Positions 52,249 to 64,000 of a stretch of DNA of 64,000 bases are shown in pieces. The DNA is taken from NCBI GenBank assembly GCA_002633005.1, contig NMRA01000685.1:142430-206429 (forward strand), in the 5' to 3' direction. How positions within the stretch are numbered: the stretch's first letter is position 1; each line of letters opens with the position of its first letter. This DNA comes from Phoronis australis. Lineage: Eukaryota; Animalia; Phoronida. Position numbers and translations under genes: made by a program. The notes under the pieces were generated by a model. That model was given only the letters and a program-made list of their open reading frames with translations, did not search any database and was not told the DNA's origin.

Positions 52249-55200
52249 ATGAGCGCACGACAAATAATTCGCCAATTGGGCGGACTGAGTCGAGCACGAA
52301 TCTCGCTAGTACAACCTGTTGAGCAGAACGTGAACCAGAAAGTTCTTCCGAGGATGGTCGATATGACGCAAAATGGAAAAAAGGTAGACCACTTTAATAG
52401 AAAATAGAAACTCATTGATAGTATAAAGCCAAATTCTAAGGGGTTAAGGAAGCTGTCCCTTCTACAAGGACCCTCTTCCGACAGGAGGCCTCGTTAAAGG
52501 GGCGTTCATGTTGTCTTAAAAGGAACAGCATCAATTGTTTTTATGTTACCTTTGCTACACAAGTCATATAGACACAGCACTTCATCGGTACTCTGGCCCT
52601 AAGGCCCTTTTCACACATTGCCCATTCAGACGGTTCGGTCATCCGCCATGTCCAAATGACGTTAAAAATCCATAGAACGCGGTGTGCAGAAGCGGCAATA
52701 AAATGGCATTTGACGGTGAAATTTAAAAAATGTTAGTACATCCCAGAAATCGCTTTCGCATTATATCCAGGTTCTCATTCACTCCGTTACGTACTTTCAC
52801 TTGTAAGACTGAGCTCAGAAGAGTCTCACCGTTATGCAATAGTCGATTGTCAGTTTACCCGTGTCTTCCAAACCAGAGTCTGGAGCGCAAGCCACAGAGC
52901 CACACTGTCTCCTTAGCGAAATCTCGAAAGGTCGCGGACACGACACGGAGCTTCAGATCCAATAACGAAAGTCATGATATCAAAATTAAGAGCTTCATCA
53001 GAAACTAATAGGCCCTACGTACGTTTCACTACAATCGATCGACAATTTTGTGTGATCCTCCCAAATCCGTGTTCATACCGTGAGGGACCTTTCACACATT
53101 GCCGACGCACACACAATTCGCCACACACCACCGAGGAACGTATTAACATGGTAAACCCTACTCCCTGGGCATGAATCCGCAAGCAAGCTAGAGGACGCTG
53201 GATATCGCCAAAACGATGTCTGATTTTTGCTGCATTTTAAAGACCTCGCCCCTAATTCTACCGTTGCCGTTAGTGGACGGACATCAACGTGAAATAAAAA
53301 GTAAAACACGACGGCGAGGAGGATCAACCTATGCCTTTGTTGGGAGGCCCACTCCTTTCGTTGCTAAGCTACTTGAACTCATTTTTTGACAATCATGAGC
53401 TACGTAAGAGCAAATTGTTGCCGCCCAGTCTCTAGGTGCTAGTCAACCGAGTGACACATGTTTCACATTTTTTCGAAAAACTCTCACGAAATGCCTCTGC
53501 AAGTGCTGTTACAGAATGCAGACACTCGGGTTTAAAAGTTTGGAAAACTAATTAACCTATGTTGGATCTTTCAGTGCAATTATTACTACCTCAAAGCAGA
53601 ATATTATAGTGGGTTACTGTGCTGACTTTCAATATTGTGAATGAAAAGTTACATTTCATTGAAGTTGATTTTAAGTAGACATAACCTGTTCTAGCTATCA
53701 AAAGTATATAACACCCAACTTACATGTAACACTAAATGCGAGTTATTACAGATGATTTCCAGGGCTGATGCAAATTTATGACAATTGGTTTTGCAGGTGA
53801 ACGCTTTGTTCAGTGAAGAGGAAATGACGAGGCGGCTCAGAAATCTTCGTCTTTACATGTCACAGACCGACTTGGACGCATGCGTACTGACTTCATATCA
53901 CAACGTCAACTATTTTAGCGGATTTCACTACTGCGCATTCGGACGTGATTACGCTCTGGTAATAACCCCCGATCGGGCCGTGACTATTTCCGCAGGAATC
54001 GACGGCGGCCAACCGTGGCGACGCTCCTTTGGTGACAACGTAACTTACACCGATTGGCAAAAGGGAAATTTCTTCCACGCAGTGCAGCAAGAACTCCAAG
54101 AAGTCAAAGGCAATGTCGGATTAGAGTTTGATCACGTGACCTTGGATGTAATTAAGAAATTCAACAGCGTGCTGCCCAATAGAAAAATTGACGTTGGCTC
54201 TCCAACAATGTTTCTGCGAATGTTCAAGTCCGAGGAAGAAATTCAAGTCATTAGGCAAGGCGCTCGAATCGCTGATGTTGGTGCCGACGCCATCATCGAT
54301 AGGATAGACGAAGGCGTGCCGGAGTATGAGGTTGCAATGGCAGGAAAACAAGCCATGGTTCGTGAAATAGCCAAAACATATCCTGAAGTGGAGTTGATGG
54401 ATAGTAAGTAATACTTCTCTTCGTTACCACAAGGAGTCACTATTCAACCTTCTACTTTTGTTTAAAATCGTATCGACAGCAAATGTATCAACCCATAATG
54501 ACCAAATCCCACAAATTGTTTTATTTCTCTCAATTCATAGCGAAATTCCAATGGTTCCCTTTATAGACATATTAAGAAAACCCACTACGTACTTAACGCA
54601 ATTGTTCCTAAGACCTGAAATTATAATACACGTTCGTATGCAATAAGCCAGTTGTCAAAAATCCGGGTTCAATGAACAAAAATCTACTAATATGTACTTG
54701 GAGACACATCGCCAGTTTTATTTTGTTTTCCCAGTAATGGTGTCTTAGGAACTCGAAAAAAAATTTGGTCTATCCTACTTTTTCAGCCTGGGTATGGTTT
54801 CAGTCTGGTATCAATACAGATGGCGCTCACAACCCTCTCACCACAAGAAGAATACAGAGGGGCGACATTCTCAGTTTAAATTGTTTTCCGATGATTGGAG
54901 GGTAAGTTGTTCTTGAAAGTTATAGTCTAACTGGTGATCTTCAGGGATTCTTCAATAAAATTAACCAACACCCAAAAGAAGTGTAGCTGCTTGGTGTTAA
55001 GGAACACAATGTATTTATGGAAAAATCGTTGGCCTCACGAAATGAAGTATACCAAAGCATAGGCGGATTTNGGGGCTGCCGCAAAAAATGAAACAGCAAG
55101 AGCGTAGAGAAATGTTGAGTTTATTATACGGCTGAAACAAGATTTGAATGTGTCCAGTTTTAGTGTGTTTCGGGGGCTCAGATCCAATTTCAAGTGTCAA

Positions 55201-57230
55201 ATTCGGAACACAGCGCAATCGTAACTGAACTATGGCTAAGTATAGGGTCTCCCTCGATATCCCAGATGACCGGCAGTGGCGCTACGCACTACGACTCCGT
55301 TTCCATCGTCTGCTTCACTGTGCAATGAAGAAAATTACTTCATTAAAAAAATGGAATCTGAGTGACGATGAAAAAACAGAAGCTGCTGGTATGATGTAAA
55401 TTTTAATGGAAGCCTTAGTGAATCACTCAGAAACTCGTAATTCTCTGTTTGTCAAACCTTAACTTAAGACGATTTCCAAGCAATCGCGTCATTAATGCCA
55501 ACACAAAAACCGGATTTGGTCTTTTGGGCAATTGAAGACTATTTTAAATACAACAAATTTGTTACGAACTGATTGCACAAACTATAAAAAGTGTAATAAG
55601 CATTACAAAAGAAGTAGGTTTAGCGCGCAAACGCTGTGGACCATAAACAAGTAGGTCTCTAAGAATCAATTTGCGAGTGAATTCGTGGTGGTGCAGTGGT
55701 AAAGCACGCACGCTCTATGCGCCTGGTCGTGAGTTCGAGTCTGTGGTAAATGCGGTTTTTAGGTTTGACACGTTCTCCGTGTTTTTTTCCTTTGCCTTTT
55801 TTCTTGTATAATACTTCAGGAATCAAAGAAAATACTTGATTTTTAGAAGGAAAAACAGAAAAATTAAAAATTTCCCTGACGGGAGGAGGCAAACCCCCTC
55901 CCGACTTCTCCCCATTCGGTGCTATGGGCATCTACAATCGTGCTTTGGGCAAATGTTTACAGACAAAATGTTGGGCCCCTCCCCTTGTGATATCCTAGAT
56001 CCACCACTGCAAAGCAATTTGACCACACTTACCACGCATACAAGTTCACACTCACCTGGTGTATAAATGTGGTCTAATGTATAAAGCTCACTCTTACTAC
56101 CTGTACAAATGCAGTCCAATGTACAGAATTCACACTTACCTCGTGTACAAATGGAATCAAATGCATAAATTTCATTTACCACTTACCATGCAGTCTAATG
56201 CATGACGTTTATATTTACCACGTGCAGTCTAATGTAACAAATTCATACCACCCTAGGACGTTGCAAGCGGTGGTCCTCGATTACAAGTTTGAGTGACCAA
56301 ACCTTCGTAACCTGCCAACACTGTTGCATTTGTTTCTCTTTTGTCGTGCCCGGAAGCTTGTAGATCTTCCGAAAAAGCATTGTCAGTATTGCGAAGGTGA
56401 CGAAACTATCAAACCATGAACCTTTGTATTTTTCCAGATACTACACCGCCTTAGAGCGTACGCTGTTCTTCGACCACGCGAGAGAGGAAGCCTTAAGACT
56501 TTGGGAGATTAACTGTCTTGTACACAGACGGGGCTGCCAGCTGATCAAACCTGGAGCGCGTTGCTGTGACATTGCAGCCGAGCTCAATGACATCTATCAA
56601 CAACATGGTCTTTTGAAGTACAGAAGTTTCGGTTACGGACACTCATTTGGTGTTATGAGTCACTACTATGGACGTGAAGCAGGTGAAAGAGTATTTTTAC
56701 TAATAGCACAAAACTAGACCGCTACATTGTTGAGCATTCCCCAAGGTTGTTATTGCATTCTTGGACATGGAGCGGAGACTATTACTGAGAGTAAAATCCA
56801 GTATTGTTTCATTTTATACTTGGTTGAGATCATTACTGTGGTCGAAAATTGGAGTCGTTAGTCATCTGAGTTCCCACGGGCGTAACGCTTTCTTAAGTCA
56901 ATCCTTATTGGTAGCTGTGTGGCGATCATCAGGTGATTTTGTTTCTGTTTAGGAGATAATCATCATTGATGAGACGTTGAAAGGCAGACTGTTTACTTCA
57001 TAATCAATTGCTTTTTCGGGTTTGTTTTAGCTCTGGAACTACGGGAAGATGTTGACACTGTGCTTCAACAGGGAATGGTGGTGTCTATGGAGCCCATGAT
57101 TTTCATCCCGGAGGGTGAGCCCGGCGCCGGAGGATACCGAGAGCACGATATACTTGTCGTCACTAAAGATGGCGCTGAGAACATTACAAAATTTCCCTTT
57201 GGTCCTGAACATCTGATTATTCGCAATTGA
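52249..57230 (+). CDS. Creatinase (creatine amidinohydrolase, pita-bread fold), 5 coding exons, about 433 aa, with an N-terminal mitochondrial-presequence-like extension
   Basis: join(52249..52383,53797..54403,54787..54901,56438..56682,57031..57230) = 1302 nt, all GT-AG and in phase. Motifs TSYHNVNY, FGR, IDGGQPWRR, YTDWQ, WFQSGINTDGAHNP, YYTALERTLF, GYGHSFG..SHYYGREA, SMEPMI, GAGGYREHDIL and ENITKFPFGPE match bacterial creatinases as recalled. Confidence 0.95.
55685..55750 (+). mobile_element. tRNA-derived SINE head in a creatinase intron
   Basis: A-box 'tggtgcagtggtaaagc' and B-box 'gagttcgagtct'. Confidence 0.5.
56030..56250. repeat. Degenerate ~40-bp tandem repeat
   Basis: Recurrent 'ttacc...gtacaaatgcagtc(c/t)aatgta...ttca' units. 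Confidence 0.55.
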
Positions 57231-57789
57231 ACTACGGGAATCAAACGCTAAGGGGGTTGCTTGATCATATCATGGTAAACTATGCTCATTGCTCAAATAA
57301 CCTGGTACGTTCACATTTTTATGTTGTCAAGCCTGATATTGGATACATAGTTTTTTGTACAATGGTCACATGATGAAGAAATTGTGGAGGTTTTCATTCA
57401 GCGAATGCTTTCTATTTCATGGTTAAATATAAAAAACAACGGGCGCCAAGACGGGAATGGATGGCATACTACTAAAGACTTTCATACTTGGTGTCATGCA
57501 AGGCACTTGAAGAGAAACAGTTTCCGGGATCGATTCCCTACAGAACCATTAATACCGATGAAGTTCTTCGAGGTTTGAATTTCTCGTTACGATCTGAGAT
57601 GTCAATATGATTGAATAGTATACACTGGACATCTCCTCGTCAACTTCCGGTATAGTTTTGCCTATTTTGAAGAGTGAAAAAGGTGAAAATAAATTTTATT
57701 TGGGCCCAGTTTAGGGAAAACACCTAATTAGGGTTAGGCTTTGAATGTACACTTTGAAAGAGATTGGTGGCAGGGTCTCCGGTACATTG

Positions 57790-59164
57790 CCTTATGAACT
57801 GTAACGGTAAGCAAATTAAGCTCACAGATTATTTACATAAGACCATCTATTGGTGGTAGCGATCCACTTTTTGTAATGGTTGGCCTTGTCCAGTTTGAAC
57901 AGCAAACTGCCGAATCCATCGAAGCGTCCCTCCTTAACAGTCTACAAGAGTGCGGTTTTACGATCATGGAATATTTACAAGGGCATCTCGTTGTATTTGC
58001 ATGTGACGGCGCCAGTGTCTTGACAGGAAAACGTTCTGGAGTTGCAACAAGATTACGCGAACACTTCCCTAGACTTTTGACAAGGCGCTGCTTAAACCAC
58101 AGACTTGAGTTGGCAGTTGGGGAGTGCCGTGGCAGAGGTGACTGGGTGTGTTCATTTCAGAGTATTTATGAATAAACTCTATTCACTTTACAGCAGATCA
58201 CCCAAAAACCAAGCCAAGCTGAAAACTGCAGCTGATGATCTTTGGTGCCAGTTTGTTCGACTAGGTTGCGTGCTTGACGTTCGTTGGGTGGCAGGCAGTT
58301 TCAGAACGGTAAAGGCAGTGTGGAGATCATTGAACGCACTACATCAACATTTCGAGTTAGCCAGTGAAGACAGAAACCGTCATTCAAGTAATCGGAGTAT
58401 TTTTTGGGATTACTGCGATACTTGGAAAGTCCCACCTTCATTCAGAATCTTGCGCTGATGCATGCTGTGCTAGAAGAACTGCCAAGCCTTTCTGTGGATC
58501 TATAATGCAGAACCACAACAATAGCGCAAACAGACCAGCTTATTCGTCAGACGGTTCGCGTCCTCAAGTTGATAATCCCGGGCAGGCATTCGCCACTGCA
58601 ATGACATGCATTAAAGAGAAGAGGTTTGGGTCACTGGAACTAAAGGGAACCCTTAAAAGAACTACCGTGACCATACACCCTGGTCAGTTTATTCAAAGTG
58701 TTGTTGTGAACTTGGAACGGCGTTTACTTGACAATGATGAGCAGTCATTTTTCTCTTGTCTGGGCATCTTGGAACCCAAAACGTGGCCGATGGGATCCGA
58801 GATAAGACATGGCGAGCATGAATTCAGGCGTATTTGCAAACGGTTTGGGCTGGTTGCCACATCGGCAATCAGAGGAATGCGCGAGTTCATAGAAATGGAG
58901 GAAACGGTTAGGGTAAACAAACTACCAAGTGCTCTGCGACAACTGGACCTCTGTATTAAGAATTTTCCTTGCAGTACATCCGAATGTCAACGAGGATTCA
59001 ACGAAATGAATCGGATAGTAACAGACTCTCGCTCTTGTTTGCTATTAGAAACCACATCCAGCTTGCTGTTTGGCAAGGTCAATGGTCCCCCGCTTTCCAT
59101 GTTCGACCCACAACCTTATGCCGAAACCTGGATTCGACAAAACAGAACTGCTGATAATTCTTAA
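57790..59164 (+). mobile_element. Frameshifted hAT transposase (ZNF862/C17orf113-like), 5'-truncated
   Basis: FACDGASVLTGKRSGVA, CLNHRLELAV, LYSLYSRSPKN, VLDVRW and the hATC dimerisation motif PCSTSECQRGFNEMNRIVTDSRS, spread across three frames. Confidence 0.88.
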
Positions 59165-61766
59165 TCGTGATCATGTGACTTGGAAAAGAGGATCCTGTAA
59201 CTAAGCACTCTATCTTTGGACTGGTCATAGTATTTTGCTAACTTTAAAAAATAAGAGCAGTTGCTTGCAAGAAACCCACACTTCAAGTTTGCTCATCATG
59301 CGTTAACGCATGCACGTGTGCGCACTGTACATAGTGTTCAGCTTATTAAAATATCAGTGCTTGTGTAACATCGTGTTCGTGTAATTAGTCTTTGAAGCGT
59401 GCGGAGTTACATAATGTCACCGAGTAATGAAGGTGATGCCGTGGGCTCTGGGCGCCAACTTACCTCTTAATTTTACCACTAGAGCTCAAAGTTCGCAAAT
59501 ACTTGACGGGCAACCGGGAAAGCATAAGAGACGGGGTATCCCACGGTGAGTTGAGAGCAGTCCCCAATTTTGAGAATTTGTTAATGTTATTGTAGGACCT
59601 TTTTGACAAGTCCGGGCCGTAAAATATCTTCAAACTATAAATATTAACACAGTAAAAACAGAAAACCCGCACAATTTGATTTGTGACGTTTTGCCAGTCT
59701 GCTGTAAATTCGATTGCTTCACGATGTCATTATAGTAAAATTGATGAACAAAAAAGGTTTACTGATAGTAAAACAGCAGACGCATCAAAAGTTGATCAAA
59801 TAATATTTAGTATTTGCTATAAATATTCGAGAAAAGAGCTCAAACACGCACAATTTTCCAAAGATATTATTTCAGTTTCGTTTTATGCAACTGATTTTTC
59901 AGGATAATCATAAAAGTCCTAACTTTTACTTATCTGTCAATAAAAAGGTCACGTGACAACGTCTGTCCAGTAAAATTCATCAAAAAAAAAAAAAAAAAGA
60001 AAGACACACAGACATCAAAACAACTGTATCAATCTAAAAGCGCTCATAGAATTTTCTAACCGTTTTCGTCTGATGCAACTTTTGAGTTTTTGGATAATAA
60101 TCATAAAAGTCGTATTTTTGATAGCCCCATGCTGATGGATATTAGTGGAATATGTTGAAAACAAATCCCTAACAGCGTTTTGGAGAACAGTGAACGAAGC
60201 ATAATCGGAAATTTTCATATGACTCATATCAGCAATTTTTGAGATATTATGTTCCCAATTAGCAAAATTTGGACTTAAAATTTTCCAGGGTCCCACACTA
60301 TATGTAACCTTAACCCGTTTGACATGAACTGCATACGTGGTTATCATTAAAGCCCTGCCACGACTGTTTGATTGCGAGTTTGTCGTGAAAAGTTGGCTGT
60401 GCTAGATTTATAGGAGACAAAGAGTCAACTGAACCAGGTCACCCCCTGCAGTGAGGACACGTGCACCTCGCCCTGCAGCCTACTACGGCCCTGTATAGTG
60501 TTTTTCACTTCAACCTTTCAAATGAGTGGTCAATAGGTCACGCAGACATTGCTCGTGCTACTTGCATTCATTATCTGAAATCAAAGTTGAGGTTGTGGTC
60601 TTTTACTCAATGTTTTCCTTAGGAAGCCTGATAACATGTTTTAACCTTTGGAAAGGTTAAGTAGGTCTACGTGGTGACTTTAGCTAGTCGAAACCGGTTC
60701 AAAGCCAAACAAAAATGGTTACAGACAAAAATAGAAACAGCAAATTAGCCAGGACTCCGCGAATTTATTCATGGATGTCTTTTAGAGCACGGGACTCAGT
60801 ACTGAGATCAGCAGAAACTACGTCACCGTTTTTAGCAATCTTGGCTGAATCATCAACACGCCATGTCCTACCACTCTACATGCCTTGTCAACTAGTGTAA
60901 CCATGTCCTATACCATGACTATTAATATCCGCTGTTATACAATTTGGAAAATAATGCTATGTTTTGTGTACTTCAATGTTACTTGGATAAAATTATTTTC
61001 CGAATGACTACGCCCGTATTTACTCCAAATGTGACACATGCATCAAGCACTCTTCTTGCTTCTTCACAAGCAAATGTACTTGTCAATATTTAGTATCCAT
61101 ATTAATATGTAATTTATCATCGTAATGCTGGAAAACTTATATCGTTGTATTTCGAGTTATAATATTACCTTGTTATTGAACTCAGGAGTGCCTGGTATTT
61201 TGAAAAATAAATCGTGCAGGTTTACCCCCATCTAAGAGGAGAGTTCAATTGAGGACAGGCCTACTATCTTCAAGTCGATGAATTTTACCTGAACAGGTGT
61301 AACAGCCACAGAAACATTAGTTTAGTTGCAGAAAAGGCCGACTCGAGGATTCAGTCACGGGATCGAATCAGTTCTGGGGAGTCGATAGTTTCCACACAAG
61401 GAAAACGATTATTGTAGGCTAGCACTTTCAGTTGGGATAACTATTAACGGACACTGGTAGCGCTAGCTGTTTAGGTTACTACTACGCTATGGATGTTGTA
61501 GACAACCTGTGTACATCTTGGCGCCACCAATCCGATTGGTGGCGCTTTTATCAAACAAAATCACAAGTATACCAGCTGGCACTAACCACTCTACAGAAAC
61601 GTGTCAGATGTCGGTACAGATTTTTTTACCTTTAATGTACATTTTATGCACTGACCAGTAAACGTATTTATAAAACGCACAGTTATCAGTAGTCAGTAAT
61701 TAATCACTACCTGGCAATCTTTCAACAATTGACGTACAAGGTCGTTTAAGGTTCTCTATCAGGTTC

Positions 61767-62077
61767 CAGGGGCGGACCCAGGATTTTGAGTTGGGGGGGC
61801 AGAGCACAGGAATAACTAGAATTTCGGAAGATGCGCGCGCCCAGCCTAAAATGTAGGAATGCAGGAGTCTCGAAATTTTGGGTTTGCGGACATTTTGACT
61901 AAAAACAAGGTAAACGGTGTTTGTTGTTCAGGGCCTATGCATTGTTTATTCACCCCCCGAGCCCCCCTGGTTGCACGCATGTGCTAGTCAGCGATCCGCA
62001 CCCGAAATGCCAAATGGAATCTGATAAAATTTTAGGGAGGGCCATGGCCCCCTTGACCCTCCCTAAATCCGCCACTG
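61767..62077. mobile_element. hAT-type MITE family, copy 3, with a perfect 5-bp TSD (GGTTC)
   Basis: ggttc|caggggcggacccagg ... cctaaatccgccactg|ggttc. Confidence 0.8.
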
Positions 62078-62227
62078 GGTTCTAATTTGTCTTTTGTGGG
62101 AGGGTTTAATTGCATACATAAGATGTATGATGCGCTCAAGGTTTGTCATTGTATGACATATCATTATATTTTCCGGTAAATGGAACACTTTTTGCAAAGA
62201 CGTCTCCGAGACTCACGTGCATGTATT

Positions 62228-62440
62228 GGTTGAGGGTGAGGGCGAGGGCGAGGGCAAGGGCGAGGGCGAGGTTGAGGAATGCGTTTTAGGCTAAGATGAG
62301 ACTCAGGGTGATAGTTAGGGTGTGGGTTAGGGTTAAGGTTTGGGTTAGGGTTTAGGTTAAGGATAGGGTTAGGGTTAGGGTTTGGGTTGCGTTAGAGTTA
62401 GGGTTAGGGTTTGGGTTGCGTTAGGGTTAGGGTTAGGGTT
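62228..62440 (+). repeat. Telomere-like repeat tract (GAGGGC variants grading into TTAGGG), ending at an N
   Basis: Read directly from the sequence. Confidence 0.9.
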
Positions 62441-62441
62441 N

Positions 62442-64000
62442 CGTCTATTGCTGAAAAACTAATCGTTGAAAACCAATGCCCCTCCGTTCCTAAGTCCTCT
62501 GGCCCTCCCTCAGTAGAGAAAAAGAAAAAGAATTGACTTTCAACGATTAAAATTTCGTCAATCGGCACATAGCCCGGCACGACTTTGCCCTACCCCGAAA
62601 AACCGAGAATTTTACGGAGATTCCGTCTCCTCAGTTAAAACGTCTATTGCCGGAAAACTAACCTTTGAAAATCGATGCTCCTCCGTTCCTATGTACTCTG
62701 GCCGTCCATCAGTAGAGGAAAAGAAAAAGAATTGGCTTTCAACGGTTGAGTTTTCGTCAATTGGCGCAAAACCGCGCACAACTTCGCCCTACCTCGAAAA
62801 ACCGAGAATTTTGCGGAGATTCCGCCTCCTCAATTCAAACGTCTATTGCCGGAAAACTAACGTTTGAAAATCGATGCCCCTCTTTTCCTAGGTATTCTGG
62901 CCCTCCATCAGTAGAGCAAAAGAAGAAGAATTGACTTTCAACGGTTGAGTTTTCGTCAATTGGCGCAAAACCGCGCACAACTTTGCCCTACCTCGAAAAA
63001 CTGAGAATTTTACGAAGATTCCGCCACCTCAGTTCAAATGTCTATTGCTGAAAAACTAACCGTTGAAAATCGATGCCCCTCCGTTCCTAGGTCCTCTGGG
63101 CCTCCTTCAGCAGAGGAAAAGAAGAATTGACTTTCAACGGTTGAGTTTTCGTCAATTGGCGCAAAACCGCGTACTACCTTGCAGGATTCATCGGTTAAGT
63201 TTTCGTTAATCGGCGCAAAACTTTGCACGATTTGCCCTATATCTCGATCCACAGTGAAATTTCCTTAGATTCCGCGTCCTCAATTAAAACGTCTATTGCC
63301 GGAAAATTAATCGCTGAAAATCGATGACATTCCATTTCTAGGTCTTCTGGCCATCCCTTAGTACGAAAAAAGAAAAAACTCGACTTTCAACTGTTGCGTC
63401 TTCGTTGATCGGCGCAGAGCATTGAACGATTTTGCCCTACCTCGAACGACAGCGAAAATGCCGGATATTGCGCGTCCTCATTTCAAACGTCTATTGCCTG
63501 AAAACCAACCATTGAAAATCGATGACCTTCAATTCCTATGTCCTTTGGCCATGCCTTAGTAAGAAAAAAGAAAAAACGACTTTCAACGGTTGAGTTTTCG
63601 TCAATCGGCGCAGAAATTTGAACGACTCTTCCCTTCACCGAAAAACCGCGAATTTGCCGGAGATTCCGCCTCCTCTCTTGAAACGTCTATTGCCGAAAAA
63701 CTAACGGTTGAACATCGATGCCCTTCTATTCTTAGGTTCTCTGGCCCTCTTCTAGTAGGGAAATAGAACAAATTCGACTTTCAACGGTTCACTAGTTTTC
63801 GTCAATCGGCGCAGAAATATGAACGACTTTTCCCTTCATCGAAAAACCGCCAATTTGCCGGAGATTCCGCCTCCTCAATTGAAACGTCTATTGCTGGAAA
63901 ACTAGCTGTTGAAAAACGATGCCCTTCTACTGCTAGGTCCACTAGCCCTTTCTCAGTAGGGAAGTAGAAAACACCCCGACTTTCTTGGGTTTAGTTTTCA
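62442..64000. repeat. ~199-bp satellite DNA, about 8 units, running off the window
   Basis: The anchor '(c/t)gtctattgc' recurs at 62442, 62641, 62840, 63039, 63290, 63488, 63684 and 63885. Confidence 0.95.

Noticed and set aside
55685-55750. Functional tRNA genes (also 35645-35722 and 35893-35980)
   Set aside because: A/B boxes are present but the acceptor and anticodon stems do not pair; these are SINE heads.
52249-57230. Bacterial contamination as the source of the creatinase
   Set aside because: It has four in-phase spliceosomal introns, one containing animal SINE/MITE fragments.
28327-57230. NAT + GPCR + creatinase as a co-transferred or functional cluster
   Set aside because: They are tens of kb apart, have different gene structures and share no pathway; NATs are widespread in animals.
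57790-59164. Domesticated ZNF862-like host gene
   Set aside because: Multiple frameshifts and a 5' truncation mark it as a dead transposase.
61521-61545. Perfect 11-bp GC hairpin followed by Ts (terminator or Helitron end)
   Set aside because: Rho-independent terminators do not apply in this eukaryotic context, and no CTRR Helitron terminus follows.

Overview
Eukaryotic, intron-rich animal DNA, AT-rich, probably a lophotrochozoan such as a mollusc (inferred from gene content, TTAGGG repeats and TE types). Genes assembled by hand from GT-AG sites: the last two exons of an importin-4-like gene (+, 2000-3805); a complete 16-exon NELFCD/TH1L gene (-, 6753-24703, about 574 aa) convergent with it; an intronless arylamine N-acetyltransferase (-, 28327-29211) with a tandem frameshifted copy; an intronless somatomedin-B-domain 7TM receptor (-, 36727-39204); and a 5-coding-exon, bacterial-type creatinase with a mitochondrial-presequence-like N-terminus (+, 52249-57230, about 433 aa). 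The rest is TE debris (Penelope RT, Bel/Pao LTR, LINEs, hAT, Kolobok-like, Tc1/mariner, Academ-like, SINE heads, MITEs), minisatellites, a TTAGGG tract and a ~199-bp satellite at the right end. The most interesting signals are the spliced, probably mitochondrial creatinase and a triplicated 5' splice site in NELFCD. All homology calls come from recalled motifs; no database search was run.
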